Shown here piece by piece: positions 50,260-63,035 of a stretch of 64,000 bases of DNA. A program made the translations under genes and the position numbers. The notes under the pieces are model-generated. The model worked only from the letters and a program-made list of their open reading frames with translations. It was not told where the DNA came from and searched no databases. Location: the NCBI RefSeq assembly GCF_006345805.1, contig NC_043013.1, positions 6,696,001 to 6,760,000 of the forward strand, given 5' to 3'. The DNA is from Octopus sinensis (lineage: Eukaryota). How positions within the stretch are numbered: the stretch's first letter is position 1; each line of letters begins with the position of its first letter.

Positions 50260-51385
50260 CATTGTTTGTTTGCAAGCCATCACAGCAACTGCAGCAACAG
50301 CAACATCTGCGACACTATCTGCTCCACCTCCCCCTTTTCCATCGCCACCACATCCAGCACTACCAACAAATCTTTTTCTACCTGCTCTATCTCGTTCACT
50401 ACAACCAAGACCAACGTCGTCACCACCACCACAACCATCACAACCATTGCTACCGTCAGCACCACACAACCACCAGAAACCTTACCACCGACGTTTGTAA
50501 CAACCCCACCACTATTACTGTCGCCATCACCAGCGTCATCACCACCAGCAGCAAACACCACCTCCACCATCAAAACCACCACCTCCATCACCTCCACCGT
50601 CACTACCATCGTCACTACAACCATCACCTCCTCTACCACCAGCACGACCACCAATAACACAACCACTACTATTACCATCAGAAGCACTACCAACCCTAAC
50701 ACCAACACGACATCGACGACCACCACCGCCACCGCCATGACTAGCCCTCCATCCTCCCCACAAACACATCACCATTACCGTCATCATCATCACCACCACT
50801 ACCACTACCACCGCCAGCACCGCCACCACTACCGAAACCAAGACAACGACGAACACCACCACCACCGCCTCCACCACCAACGCCACGACGACCACCACCA
50901 AAACCAGTACGACGACGACCACCACCACCAAAACCAGTACGACGACGACCACCACTACCAAAACGAAGACGACGACGACCACCACCACTGCCACTACAAC
51001 CGCCACCACCACCAAAACCAAGACGACATTGAACACCACCACCGCCACTATAATCGCTACCACCAACAAAACCAAGGCCACGACCACCACCTTCACCACT
51101 ACTGCCACTACCCCGGCCACCAGCACCAAAACCAAGGCCACGAACACCACCTCCACCACTACTGCCACCACCACAACTACCACCGCCAAAATCACGACGA
51201 AGATTACAACCAACACCACCACCACCACCACTACCACTGCCACCAGCACCAAAACCAAGACGACGACCACCACCACCGCTTCTGCCACCACTACAACTAC
51301 CACCACCAAAATCACGACGAAGATTACAACCAACACCACCACCACCACCAACAACAAAAACAACAACAATAACGACAATGACAAC
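50260..51385. repeat. Cryptic (ACC/AAC/GAC)n trinucleotide region with internal higher-order repeats
   Basis: CAAAATCACGACGAAGATTACAACCAACACC occurs twice ~120 bp apart; CCAAAACCAGTACGACGACGACC repeats. Confidence 0.9.
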
Positions 51386-51689
51386 AGGACAAGCCTCAAG
51401 AATGTCACCAAAAAAAATACTAGCAACAAATGTCATAAAACCATGTTTGCGTTAAGAAACGCGAATTGCAGTTGAGGGCGTTGCGTCGTCGTCATTTGAG
51501 GCGAAGACGCCGAAGAAGGAAAACTGGGAAAATAGAAAAGGGAAAGAAAGAAGGAAAAGAAGTTGGCTGATTTGAGGAAATGTTATTCCCGCCTTTTTAT
51601 CTTTTATGTTGGAAGAACGAGAGGAAGAAAGACGGTTCTGTGAAATGTCACTGGCATTAAACTACGGGATATTTTGTGCATGGGTATGT

Positions 51690-51695
51690 GTGTTT

Positions 51696-51773
<78 letters not shown>

Positions 51774-52297
51774 GGTGTGTGTTTGTGTATGTGTGTGTGT
51801 GTGTGTTGTGTGTGTGTGGTGTGTGTGTGTATGTGTGTGTGTATGTTGTGATGTGTGTGGTTGTGTTTGTGTGTGTGTGTGTTTGTGTTGTGGTGTGTGT
51901 GGGTGTGTTGTGTGTGTTTTTGTGTATGTGTGTGTGTTTGTGTATGTGTGTTTGTGTGTGTGTTTGTTTGAGAGAGAGAGAGAGAGAGGAGAGAAAGTGA
52001 GGAGAGGGAGATGTCGCTGCAATTGTCTATTTCTCTTGGTATTACTATTGTTGTTACGGATGTTGCTACATATGATGATGATGATGATGTAGATGATGAT
52101 GTAGATGGCGGCGATGTTTGTGCTTGTGTTAGTGGTGGTGGTGGTGGTGGTGGTGTTTGTTGTAGTAGCGGTAATAGAGAAGATGACGGTGATGATGATG
52201 ATGATGTGGTAGTGGTCGTCGTCGTCATCGTCGTGGTAGTGGTAGTGTTGGTGGTGATGATGATAATGATGATGGTGATGATGGTGAAGATGATGAC

Positions 52298-52351
<54 letters not shown>

Positions 52352-52425
52352 AATGACGATGATGATGATGGCGGCGCTGATGATAACGGTGCTGGTGGTG
52401 GTAGTAATGATGATGATGATGACGT

Positions 52426-52476
<51 letters not shown>

Positions 52477-52834
52477 CGATTATGACGATGCCGATGATGA
52501 TGATGATGACGATGACGATGATGATGATGATGATGACGACGACGACGCTGATGATGATGATGATGACAATGATGACGATGATGATGATGGTGCTGCTGCT
52601 GATGATGAGGATGATGTTGCTGGTGGTGGTGGTGATAGTGGTGATGGCGATGGCGTCGACGATGACGACGAACACAGCGGCAGCAACGATGTTGACACAG
52701 ACGACGGTTATTACAGCCGATTGCAGCCGATAACGAGCGATTACGGCGACCGCGAAACCAAGGATCGTCACGACTCTACATTTACTAGTCATGAAAACGA
52801 CGACGACGACGACGATGACGATGATGATGATGAA

Positions 52835-52886
<52 letters not shown>

Positions 52887-52918
52887 GTGATGACGACGAC
52901 GATGACGATGACGATGAA

Positions 52919-52956
<38 letters not shown>

Positions 52957-52997
52957 CGATGACGATGATGATAATGATGACGATGACGATGATGCTA

Positions 52998-53046
<49 letters not shown>

Positions 53047-53255
53047 CGATGACGATGATGATGATGATGATGATGACGATGTTGATGATGATGATGATGA
53101 TGACGATGTTGATGATGATGATGATGATGACGATGTTGATGATGTTGATGATGACGATGACGATGATGATAATGATGATGATGATGATGATGATATGATG
53201 ATGATGATGATGATGACGATGACGATGACGATGATGATGATGATGATGATGTTGA
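51690..53255. repeat. (TG)n then (GAT/GAC/GGT)n tracts
   Basis: Directly visible. Confidence 0.95.
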
Positions 53256-53834
53256 TGTTTGGATCTTGCAGCAGTAGCAATGATGATATACGTGGGTTTA
53301 ACAAGTGTTGTTGTCACTGTTCTACATGTACTGTGCTGTGTCTAAGTATTGTCTGGAATGAAGGTTGTTAATACCAGCCTTGCTTCTGAGATAATTAGAT
53401 CTCTGTTTAAACTAATATTTGCTTTCTTTTGCATTTTGTATATTGTCTTAACAGTATACCACTTGAAAAAAAAATTGTTTATTTGGAACAGATGTTGTTT
53501 CCACAAAAACAGAAAGCAAGAAAAATGAAAGAAAATGTACGACATTTTTGCTTCTGAATGCAAATGCATAGTTAATCTTTTCGACATAGTGTAGATGTTT
53601 GCCCTGTGTCAATGTAAATTATATTGTTACAACACACACACACGAACACACACACAAACAGAAACACACTTACACTGACGTACACACAAAGGCGTGCGTG
53701 CACACACAGAGGTGCGCGCAGACACACACAATCAAACGCAGACACAGGCACACACGTACATCCATATATGTATATGCGTATGTGCATGTACGTACAATAT
53801 TAGTATGTACATCCATACGTGTATATAGATGTAC

Positions 53835-53941
<107 letters not shown>

Positions 53942-54052
53942 CAGACAGACAGACGAACACAGAGACATACATATGTAATAACAAAATATAACTTACATCC
54001 ACATGGGACCGGCGTGTGTATATACATATATATATAATTATATGTTTATATA

Positions 54053-54087
<35 letters not shown>

Positions 54088-54814
54088 ATATAATATATAT
54101 ATATATATTATATATATATATATATATACGTTTATATGGTTTATATATATGGTAGACGGCAACGTTTCGATGAATGACATTGTTGATATGAAAGCGCTTA
54201 CCAAAGAGAATTACGTTACATGAAAAGATTAGATTTTGTTTGTACAACAAATGGTTTAATTTTATTGTATCAATACAGCTATTTACATTTCATAGTCTGC
54301 TACATTATATCATATAACTCTATTATTTCAGTTTTATATTTTAATGTAGCGAGATCAAGACGATAACCACAATACATATCTGTGTTGTCAGCAATAGTTG
54401 CTGTCATTTCGCAGCCGGCTTATAAGCACATACGGTGTTCGGTCATTCTCGATAGCCTAATGGGGCAAATTATGTACATTTAGGAAGTAGGATTTTTCAT
54501 CGAAGTCACCAATTGCACCGGGATTCAAGCGTTCTGCTTCGTTGCCGGTGAGAATGGTTGACCAAATTAACGCGCGAAAGACACATATTGACGTATCCAC
54601 ACATGCAAGCACACGTTAGTTCGGCTATAGATATGTATGTATGTATGTACGTATGTATGTATGTATGTATGTATGTATGTACGTATGTACGTATGTATGT
54701 ATGTATGTATGTATGTATGTATGTATGTATGTATGTATGTGTGTATGTGTATATATATATTATATATATAATATATATATATATGTATGTATATAGATAT
54801 ATAACTAGAAGAAA

Positions 54815-55264
54815 AAAGCATAGGTGCACTAAGCTTCAACTGATAATGCAGGAATTTCTTCAAGTAATGCCCCAAGGAGCTTGTCATCAAACTCAATTGG
54901 ACGTCCAGTTCGATCTTCATCTTCAATCACCACTTCTGAATTTTGCAAACCATCTTCTGCAAGTTCTTTCATTCAAGCATTCTTTCCCATAAACTGAGTG
55001 TATGTTTCGAGCCACTTCGGCTGCAGAGTTTCCTTTCTTGTACTCATAAAGCATTATGTGCCTCACATGCTCTTTGGATACTTCCATGTTAGAAAAGGTT
55101 TTAATTAAAGAAATTTTAATTCTGTTCTGTAACATAATATTTAATTAGTTTATATATACACACATACATAAAAATAATTTTTCATTCCATTAGACAATCT
55201 AAAATACTGTTAAATTTCATTCAATTTTAAAGAAGTTAAAATCGGACAGACCTTATGGGATGAC

Positions 55265-55268
<4 letters not shown>
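54815..55268 (-). mobile_element. mariner-family transposon 5' half (TIR plus HTH domain)
   Basis: TA-TCAGGTCATCCCATAAGG TIR; MEVSKEHVRHIMLYEYKKGNSAAEVARNIHSVYGKECLNERTCRRWFAKFRSGDFSLEDEDRTGRP. Confidence 0.92.
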
Positions 55269-55330
<62 letters not shown>

Positions 55331-55349
55331 ATATATATATATATATAGG

Positions 55350-58295
55350 TGAGAAAGTTAGTGTGTGAAAAACGTGGTTGGATGTATAAAAAATAGAAAA
55401 GAGTGAAAAAAATACAGAAGGCTTGTTTTATAAGGTTAAAGAATATATTTAAGTCGTTATGTTAGAAACATATTATAGAATTTTGTGTATAATAACATAG
55501 TTTTGAGAGAAATAACCGTCTTTGTGTAAACTTTTCAAATTTCTCAAATTTCTTTACCTACATGTCATGAAGTGCAAAGAAGAGTTCCAGGCAGGGGGAG
55601 GTAATCAGGGATTTCTTCCGGTATAAGGGAGATAATCGCTTTATATTTGTTCTTTTTTTCAATGAGATGAATTTCTCTGTATAAGAATGTTAGGATGGTT
55701 AAGCTCAGGCTTATATTTTTCAATGAAGAATGTTTCCTTGTTTACTCTAATTTGTGTTGGTGTTCCAATAGCACATTGATAGAATGGAAAGATGAAAAAT
55801 TGTGATTGTAGTTACTTTGCGCATTTCTCAATATGCTCACTAAAGGGTTTCATTCTGTATTCTGAGAATGCAATCTCTTGTCGATGCACAGTGCATCTGC
55901 GTCTGAGTAATAATCCCGTGAACCCTACGTAGTTTTGGTGGCAGCCCGAGCATCTTATGACATAAATTATGTTTTCAGAAGCACAAGTAAAATTAGATTT
56001 GATCTTGAATTTTTGTCCCTCTTTGAAAAGGAATTCTGATCCTTCTAGAAGGTTTGGGCATGTTGCGCAGTTTGGTCTACCACATTTTTTTTTACTTTTG
56101 CATCCGTAATTTCAGAAAACAATTTTGCCTTTGTGAGAATCTTTTTTAGTGATTTAGGTTGTTTGTAGCTTTTAATGATTGTATGTATGTTTAGAATTTC
56201 CTTTAATTTGGGGTCCTTATGAAGTATTTGTAAATTCTGGGTGATGATGGTGAAGGCTTCTTTGTTTCTGGGGTTGTATGTGGATATGTAAAGCAGTATT
56301 TTCGGGGAAGGTGTGTTGTTGTGTTGAACTTTTCTCAAAGTTTCTATGTCGATTTCTGTTGCACGTCTGATCCCATCCTCTATGCGTTGAACTGGGTAGT
56401 GTCTGTCAATTAGGATGTTTTTGAGTTCTTGTAGTCTAAAGTTCCTGGCATTTTGTTCTGACACTATTATGCATATCCTTCTTGCAAGGTTGAAAGGGAT
56501 CTTTGTTTTAGTGTGTCTTGGATGGCATGAATCAAAGGGTAGGTATTGTTTGGCGTCTGTGGTTTTGTAAAATATGTCTGTTTCTAGTTTTAGGTTAATT
56601 TTTTAAATTAGTATATCTAAGAATGGAAGCTCCTTTTGGTTGTACTGCATTGTGAACAGTATATTTGGGTTGATGCTGTTCAATAGGTTTTTGAATTTTA
56701 GGAGTTTATCTGTGTTTTCATTCCAGAGTATAAAACAGTCGTCCAGGAATCTTTTCCAATTCTCTTTTATGTATTGAGAAAGGGGGTTTTTCTAAAGGTC
56801 GATAAAGATTCTTGGTATATAATTATCTCCAGGTAGCCCATTGTTAGGTTCGCAATGACTGGTGCTGCCCTTGTACTCATAGTAATTCCGGATTTTTGAC
56901 GGTAAAACGTATTGTCAAGCATGAAGTGGTTATTTTGTAGGATGAATTCAACCGATTTAGTAATGAAATCTTTACTGATCCTTTTTGGTATTTCTTCCGA
57001 AAATTGGTCCAGCCAGAACTGTATTGCCTCTAGTCCAATTGTGAGGTATACTGGTATATAAATTAACTACATCAAATGAAACCATGATTATTTCTTCCTT
57101 GACTTTTGTTGGAAGGTGGTTTAACATATCCAAGTCATCTCTGATATGACTATCGATGTGTTTAAGGAAGGGTTTCAGGAGGATATCCATAAATAGACTT
57201 AGTCTCTGTGTTTCACACGCTGGACCAGCTACAATGGGTCGTAGTTTTAGGTCACCCGGGTTCGGTGTATGTAAGTATGCCCTCGGTAATTTTTTTAATG
57301 ATTTCATTTATAATTTGGCTTTTGTGTATTTTTGGCAGACCATAGAAGAGGCTAGGTTTACATTTAAGTTTGTTAGAAAGTCAATCTCTTTGGTTGTCAG
57401 TTCCTTTCCATGGGTTTTAATTAGTGAGGACAGAGTTTTCATTTTAATTTTTGCGGGGTGTAGTTGGTGATTTTTTCATAATGTTGATTGTCATCAAGCA
57501 AGGAAATTACTAGATTTTTATAGTATGATGTATCCATTATTACAACTGCACTTCCTTTGTCTGCTTCCTTAATGGTTATATCTTCATCATTTTGAAGTTC
57601 TATCAGTTCCTTCCATTGTGCAGTGCTAAAATTTGAGTTAACTGTCTGTTTATGTATAGTATGGTAAAGAAAGTTCTCAATGTGGCTGCAGAACTCGTCA
57701 AGATCTTTATTTCTTCCTCTGTGGGGGATGTGTTCACTTTTGTTTTTGACTAGTGAGTCATCTTCAGTATTGAAACTGGTTGATGCTTCTGCTAGTCTTA
57801 ATTTTCTGGAGAATTCTGTTATATTGTCCTTGACTTCATTCTGCGTGGAGTTGGCGTGAATTTGAGCCCTTTTGAGAGGATGTCAATTTTTATGTTAGAG
57901 AGAGGTTTGGTTGAACGCTTGATTATCTTCGGTTTTTCCTTATTACTAGGTTCCAGCCTGTGTCCTGGTGTCTCTGGGCTGGGGCACTACTACCAGCGCA
58001 AATGAACAGGCGTGCGTTTATCGTTATGGTGAAGTCTAGCGTGCGATCGGGTAAATTGTATGCTGGACGGGTTCGGCTGAGGAGCTACAGATAAATTTAT
58101 GTAAGTAAAACCACATAATTTATTAATAGCGAAACAATTGTCTCGAACTAATCTACATTTTGTTATGTTTATTTGCCCTGTTCATCTGCGCTGGTAGTAG
58201 TGCTAACTTTCAACGGAAACAATTTCTTTTGTGGCAGAAACCTTGCGGATCTATTTTTAGTGCTAGGGTAGACCACATGGTGGTCACTCTCTTAT
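55350..58295 (-). mobile_element. Penelope-like element (Neptune-type), near-complete RT plus GIY-YIG ORF (~55700-57950), disrupted
   Basis: KGLKFTPTP, IKEADKGSAVVIMD, LRPIVAG, SFDVVNLYTSIP, WKRFLDDCF, LPFLD, YLPFDSCHP; CGRPNCATC linker; NIIYVIRCSGCHQNYVGFTG; both ends in (TA)n. Confidence 0.93.
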
Positions 58296-58314
58296 ATATA
58301 TATATTATATATAT

Positions 58315-58360
<46 letters not shown>

Positions 58361-58380
58361 GTATATATATATATATATAC

Positions 58381-58542
58381 GACGGGCGTCTTTCAGTTTC
58401 CTCCGTCTACCTAATCCACTCACAAGGCTTTGGTCGGCCTGAGGTTATAGTAGAAGAATCTTGCCCAAAGTGCCACGCAGTGGGACTGAATCCGAACCAT
58501 GTGGTTGTTAAGCAAGCTACATACCACACAGCCACTCCTGCG
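58381..58542 (-). mobile_element. SINE A 5' half
   Basis: Reverse head plus core. Confidence 0.9.
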
Positions 58543-58560
58543 CCTATTTCTTCAACATTT

Positions 58561-58598
58561 TTCTTCTGATGAAAGGCTAACGTCCGAAACATCAAGAA
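58561..58598 (+). ncRNA. Minimal hammerhead motif, intact CUGAUGA core
   Basis: TTCTT-CTGATGA-AAGGCTAACGTCC-GAAAC-ATC-AAGAA; 5 bp stem I TTCTT/AAGAA. Confidence 0.7.
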
Positions 58599-59228
58599 TA
58601 TGTATGTATGCATGTATATAATATATATATATATATATATATAATATATATATATATATACATATATGTGTGCGTATGTATCAGATATTTTTTTTATTTA
58701 AGTCCTCTGTCTGGAAATTTTTCGTCATACATCCTGTGACCTTGCTGTCTCTATATAAATATAATTATTACTTTATATACTTCATTATATTATGACATAT
58801 ATAAATATGTTCGCATATGTGTGCCTATGTGTGCATACATTTGCATGTGTCTGTATATATATATATATACATATGCATAAATACATACATATAGAAACGT
58901 ACATTTCACTGCATCTTTGTATACGTGAAGAAAGGTGGCAATACATGCACATATGCACAGACAAATATACATATATACACAAAACACATAAAGTATATAT
59001 ACACATATAAATAGGCATCCATTATGTGACAACAGAGAAAATCAAAACAAACACTCTTAGACATGAGTGAGCGAACACGCACAGACAGACGCTGTTAGAG
59101 ACAAGCACATTAAAATATAATTTATCTATTTTTTATTGCTTGGCGACATGGATGCTATTAGAAGGCTATTTCTTTGAGTGCCTTATTGAATATCCAGCCA
59201 GCCAGCCAGCCAGCCATCTGTCTCTTCG

Positions 59229-59328
<100 letters not shown>

Positions 59329-59403
59329 ATTGTCTGTCTGACTGAATGTCTATCTATCAATCCCTCCATCCCTCCACCCATCCAACCATCCATCCGTTGT
59401 TCG

Positions 59404-59454
<51 letters not shown>

Positions 59455-59535
59455 GCCTGTCGGTTTGTCTGTCTGTCTGTCCGTGTTTCTGTCTGTCTGA
59501 ATGTCTACCTGTCAATCCATCCATCCATCCATTTA

Positions 59536-59603
<68 letters not shown>

Positions 59604-59665
59604 ATATATATATACACGCGCATATAAATTATAAATACACACATACATATATCGAAACGATATAT

Positions 59666-60068
59666 ACTCTTTTTACTCTTTACTCTTTTACTCTCTTTTA
59701 CTTGTTTCAGTCATTTGACTGCTGCCATGCTGGAGCACCGCCTTTAATCGAGCAACTCGACCCCGGGACTTATTCTTTCGTAAGCCTAGTACTTATTCTA
59801 TCAGTCTCTTTTGCCGAACCGCTAGGTAACGGGGACATAAACACACCAGCATCGGTTGTCAAGCAACGCTAGGGGGACAAACACACACACTTATATATAT
59901 ACATATATACGACGGGCTTCTTTCAGTTTCCGTCTATCAAATCCACTCACAAGGCTTTGGTCGGCCCGAGGCTATAGTAGACGACACTTGCCCAAGGTGC
60001 CACGCAGTGGGACTGAACCCGGAACCATGTGGTTGTTAAACAAGCTACTTACCACGCAGCCACTCCTG
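59666..60068 (-). mobile_element. SINE A, full length, young-looking
   Basis: Complete head to (GAGTAAAA)n tail. Confidence 0.95.
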
Positions 60069-60287
60069 TCCACTTTTATTTCCCTTAGTGTTACATTTGT
60101 ATTTGTCTTATCTTGTTATCCATTTCTATGTGTTCTTCTGTGTGTATTTGTGTGTGTGTTGTGTGTGTGTATGTTTGCTTATGCTGGTCTCTCTTTCTCT
60201 CTGTATTTCTACCTATTTGTTTACCTGTCTGTATTTTCATAAATATATTCTTATATATATCTATAAAATACAATATGATATATATAT

Positions 60288-60342
<55 letters not shown>

Positions 60343-60391
60343 TACATACAACACCAATTATGTTACAAAAGGAAGTGTTAGCTAAGTACAG

Positions 60392-60914
60392 AGCGGTAGC
60401 GGTTTGCGGTAAGTAGCTTGCTTACCAACACATGGTTCTGGGTTCTGCCTTATGAATGGACTTGATAGTCAGAAACTGAAAAAAGGCCAAGCAATGATTT
60501 GGCAGAATCGTTAGCACGCCGGTCGAAAATGCCTAGCGGTATTTTGTCTGCTGCTGCGTTCTGAGTTCAAATTCCACCGAGGTTGACTTTGCCATTGATC
60601 CCTTCGGGGTCGATCAATTAAGTACTAATCAAGTACTGGTGTCGATCTAATCGACTATCCCCTGCCCTCAAATTCCAGGTCTTGTGCCTATAGTAGAAAG
60701 GAAGCTGAAAGAAGGCCGACGTATATGTGTGTGTGTGTGTGTGTGTGTGGTGTGCCTGTGTGTCTGTGTTTGAATGGTTTGTTTGTGTCCCCATAACTTA
60801 GCAGGTCAGCAAAAATGACCGATAGAATAAGTACTAGGCTTACAAAGAATAAGTCCTGACTAAAGGCGGTGCTCCGGCATGGCCGGAGTCAAACAACTGA
60901 AACAAGTAAAAGAA
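60392..60914 (+). mobile_element. SINE A interrupted by a SINE B (60489-60700)
   Basis: Duplicated GAA(A/G)CTGAAA(A/G)AAGGCC at 60472-60488 and 60701-60717. Confidence 0.88.
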
Positions 60915-61550
60915 TAGCAGAATATATGTTCGTGTGTGAGTATATATGTGTGTGTACTTGGTTATGTATGTGTATGGAAATCTATCTTTCCATTTTGAAG
61001 GAGTTCATGTGAAAGATTCCGATAAAACAAGTAAATATATGTACGTTATCCAAATCTTACATGTTATATTGCTGGAGAATAATAAAATGAAATATGTTAC
61101 AATACACCCTCTTCTAAAACTGTTTATTAAGACTGCTGTATATATGTTTATTAAGACTGCTATCCTGACCATTTGCACTAAAATACTCCAAAGTTTGTGT
61201 AATGGTCGTCTAAGATTCGGATTACATTACATTTTATGACGTACAGCGTTATAGTGAGCATCACTATCAAGGGTCAGTCAAAGAAAGCCACAGATGGAGG
61301 ATAATCCTATTATGAAGATTAAGTGCCCTACCACCAGGGCGAAATGTTGAGACTAGCTCCATTCAGTCCGTCCCTTCGTGCCTCTGTTAGCTATCTTTCA
61401 ATATCACAAATCAACAACAACTACATTAGCAATAATAACACTTGTAGTCTCGATTTTGAGCACATTGTCAGCAATTTCAGAGAGAGGATGTCGATTACCT
61501 CAACCCCAGTACCTTTTGTGGTCCCTCAGTCTTTCAAAATGTGACCTCGT

Positions 61551-61742
61551 GTGTACCGTTGGCGATTTTCTTCCTCTGTCTTCCCTTCTCGGGATCTTTC
61601 CTTCTCCTATGTTTCCGACGAAGAGCTCTGCTCGAAACGTTAAACCCTCCTTCTTCCCTTCTATCCTGAGCGTCCAATAATACTATATTTGTTCCACGTC
61701 CTCGCGTTGTTGTGTTTTTGTGTTTTCTTGTTTGGATTAACC
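61551..61742 (+). mobile_element. Family F HHR-containing repeat
   Basis: Homologous to 10468-10660. Confidence 0.82.
61611..61645 (+). ncRNA. Minimal hammerhead motif (U4C variant)
   Basis: GTTT-CCGACGA-A-GAGC-TCT-GCTC-GAAAC-GTT-AAAC; stem I GTTT/AAAC. Confidence 0.68.
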
Positions 61743-61753
61743 TATATATATAT

Positions 61754-61794
<41 letters not shown>

Positions 61795-61899
61795 GATAAG
61801 GTTTCAGCAAAAAAATTTACTTTACCACACACTGCTTGGTAAAATTATTAATTACTAGTTAATTAATTTTACCCTTATTATTATTGACTATATATATAT

Positions 61900-62000
61900 A
61901 TACCCCGAAAAGGATGAAAGGCAAAGCAGACATCATGGGTATTTGAACTCAGAACGAACATAGAGTTGGAAAAATACTGCAAAGTATTTGGTCCGTGCCC
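61900..62000 (-). mobile_element. SINE B fragment
   Basis: CCCCGAAAAGGATGAAAGGCAAAG...TTTGAACTCAGAACG. Confidence 0.75.
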
Positions 62001-62410
62001 TATCAAGTCTTCAACTTGTTAGTAGTAGAAGAGTATTACAGGAATACGATATCGATAACAAACGCCGAAAATTAAAGTTTCATTGTTTTTTTTTTACCTC
62101 CCTGAAGCGTTGTTTTTTTAAATTCTCTCATCAATACACGTGTGCGTACCAAATGATTAAAAGACAAGGTTTTAGTTTGGCATAATGTAAAGGGAGATAA
62201 GCAAGTGAACGCGTTCTTTGTTTACCACCTCTATTTCAAATACACATTCCTTTCCGTATAACTTTTCTTCGCTCCGTCTTAGCCTCAACCCTTTTTTTTT
62301 TTTACCTTGTCTCCAACCCTTTCTCATCCTCTTCGATTGTTTTCATTATAAATAAGTGACAACAATGTTTTTCTTCGGGATACTTTGAGAATACCTTTGT
62401 ACTAGATGAA

Positions 62411-62790
62411 GCACTCCGTCGGTTACGACGACGAGGGTTCCGGTTGATCCGAATCAACGGAACAGCCTGCTCGTGAAATTAATATGTAAGTGGCTGAGCA
62501 CTCCACAGACACGTGTACCCTTAACGTAGTTTTCGGGGATATTCAGCGTGACACAGAGAGTGACAAGGCCGGCCCTTTGAAATACAGGTACAACAGAAAC
62601 AGGAAGTAAGAGTGAGAGAAAGTTGCGGTGAAAGAGTACAGCAGGGATCACCACCATCCCCTGCCGGAGCCTCGTGGAGCTTTAGGTGTTTTCGCTCAAT
62701 AAACACTCACAACGCCCGGTCTGGGAATCGAAACCGCGATCCTATGACCGCGAGTCCGCTGCCCTAACCACTGGGCCATTGCGCCTCCAC
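62411..62790 (-). mobile_element. SINE C, tail type 2
   Basis: Same head and body as 29518; different tail with hairpins GTTCCGTTGAT-TCGG-ATCAACCGGAAC and CTCGTCG..CGACGGAG. Confidence 0.92.
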
Positions 62791-62904
62791 ACCTTTGTAC
62801 TATATCCGTTTATGATATCAACATTACATAGAAATGTTGTCTTTCAGATGTCATTCGGAGATACACAATATGCGTTATTCGACTTACACTGGAAATATAA
62901 TTAA

Positions 62905-63035
62905 TAATGGTTTTAGGCTTTAGCACAAGACCATCATACGGGTTAAGTCTATTACATCAACCCTAGTAGTCAAGCTGTACTTATTTTATCGACCTCCAAG
63001 GATAAAAGGTAAGGTCGGCCTCAGTGAGATTTGAA
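62905..63035 (-). mobile_element. SINE B, decayed
   Basis: TACTTATTTTATCGACCTCCAAGGATAAAAGGTAAGGTCGGCCTCAG. Confidence 0.7.

Noticed and set aside
54160-54195. GAAACGTTG with a short stem on the minus strand (possible HHR)
   Set aside because: Core reads ATCAACA, too far from CUGANGA.
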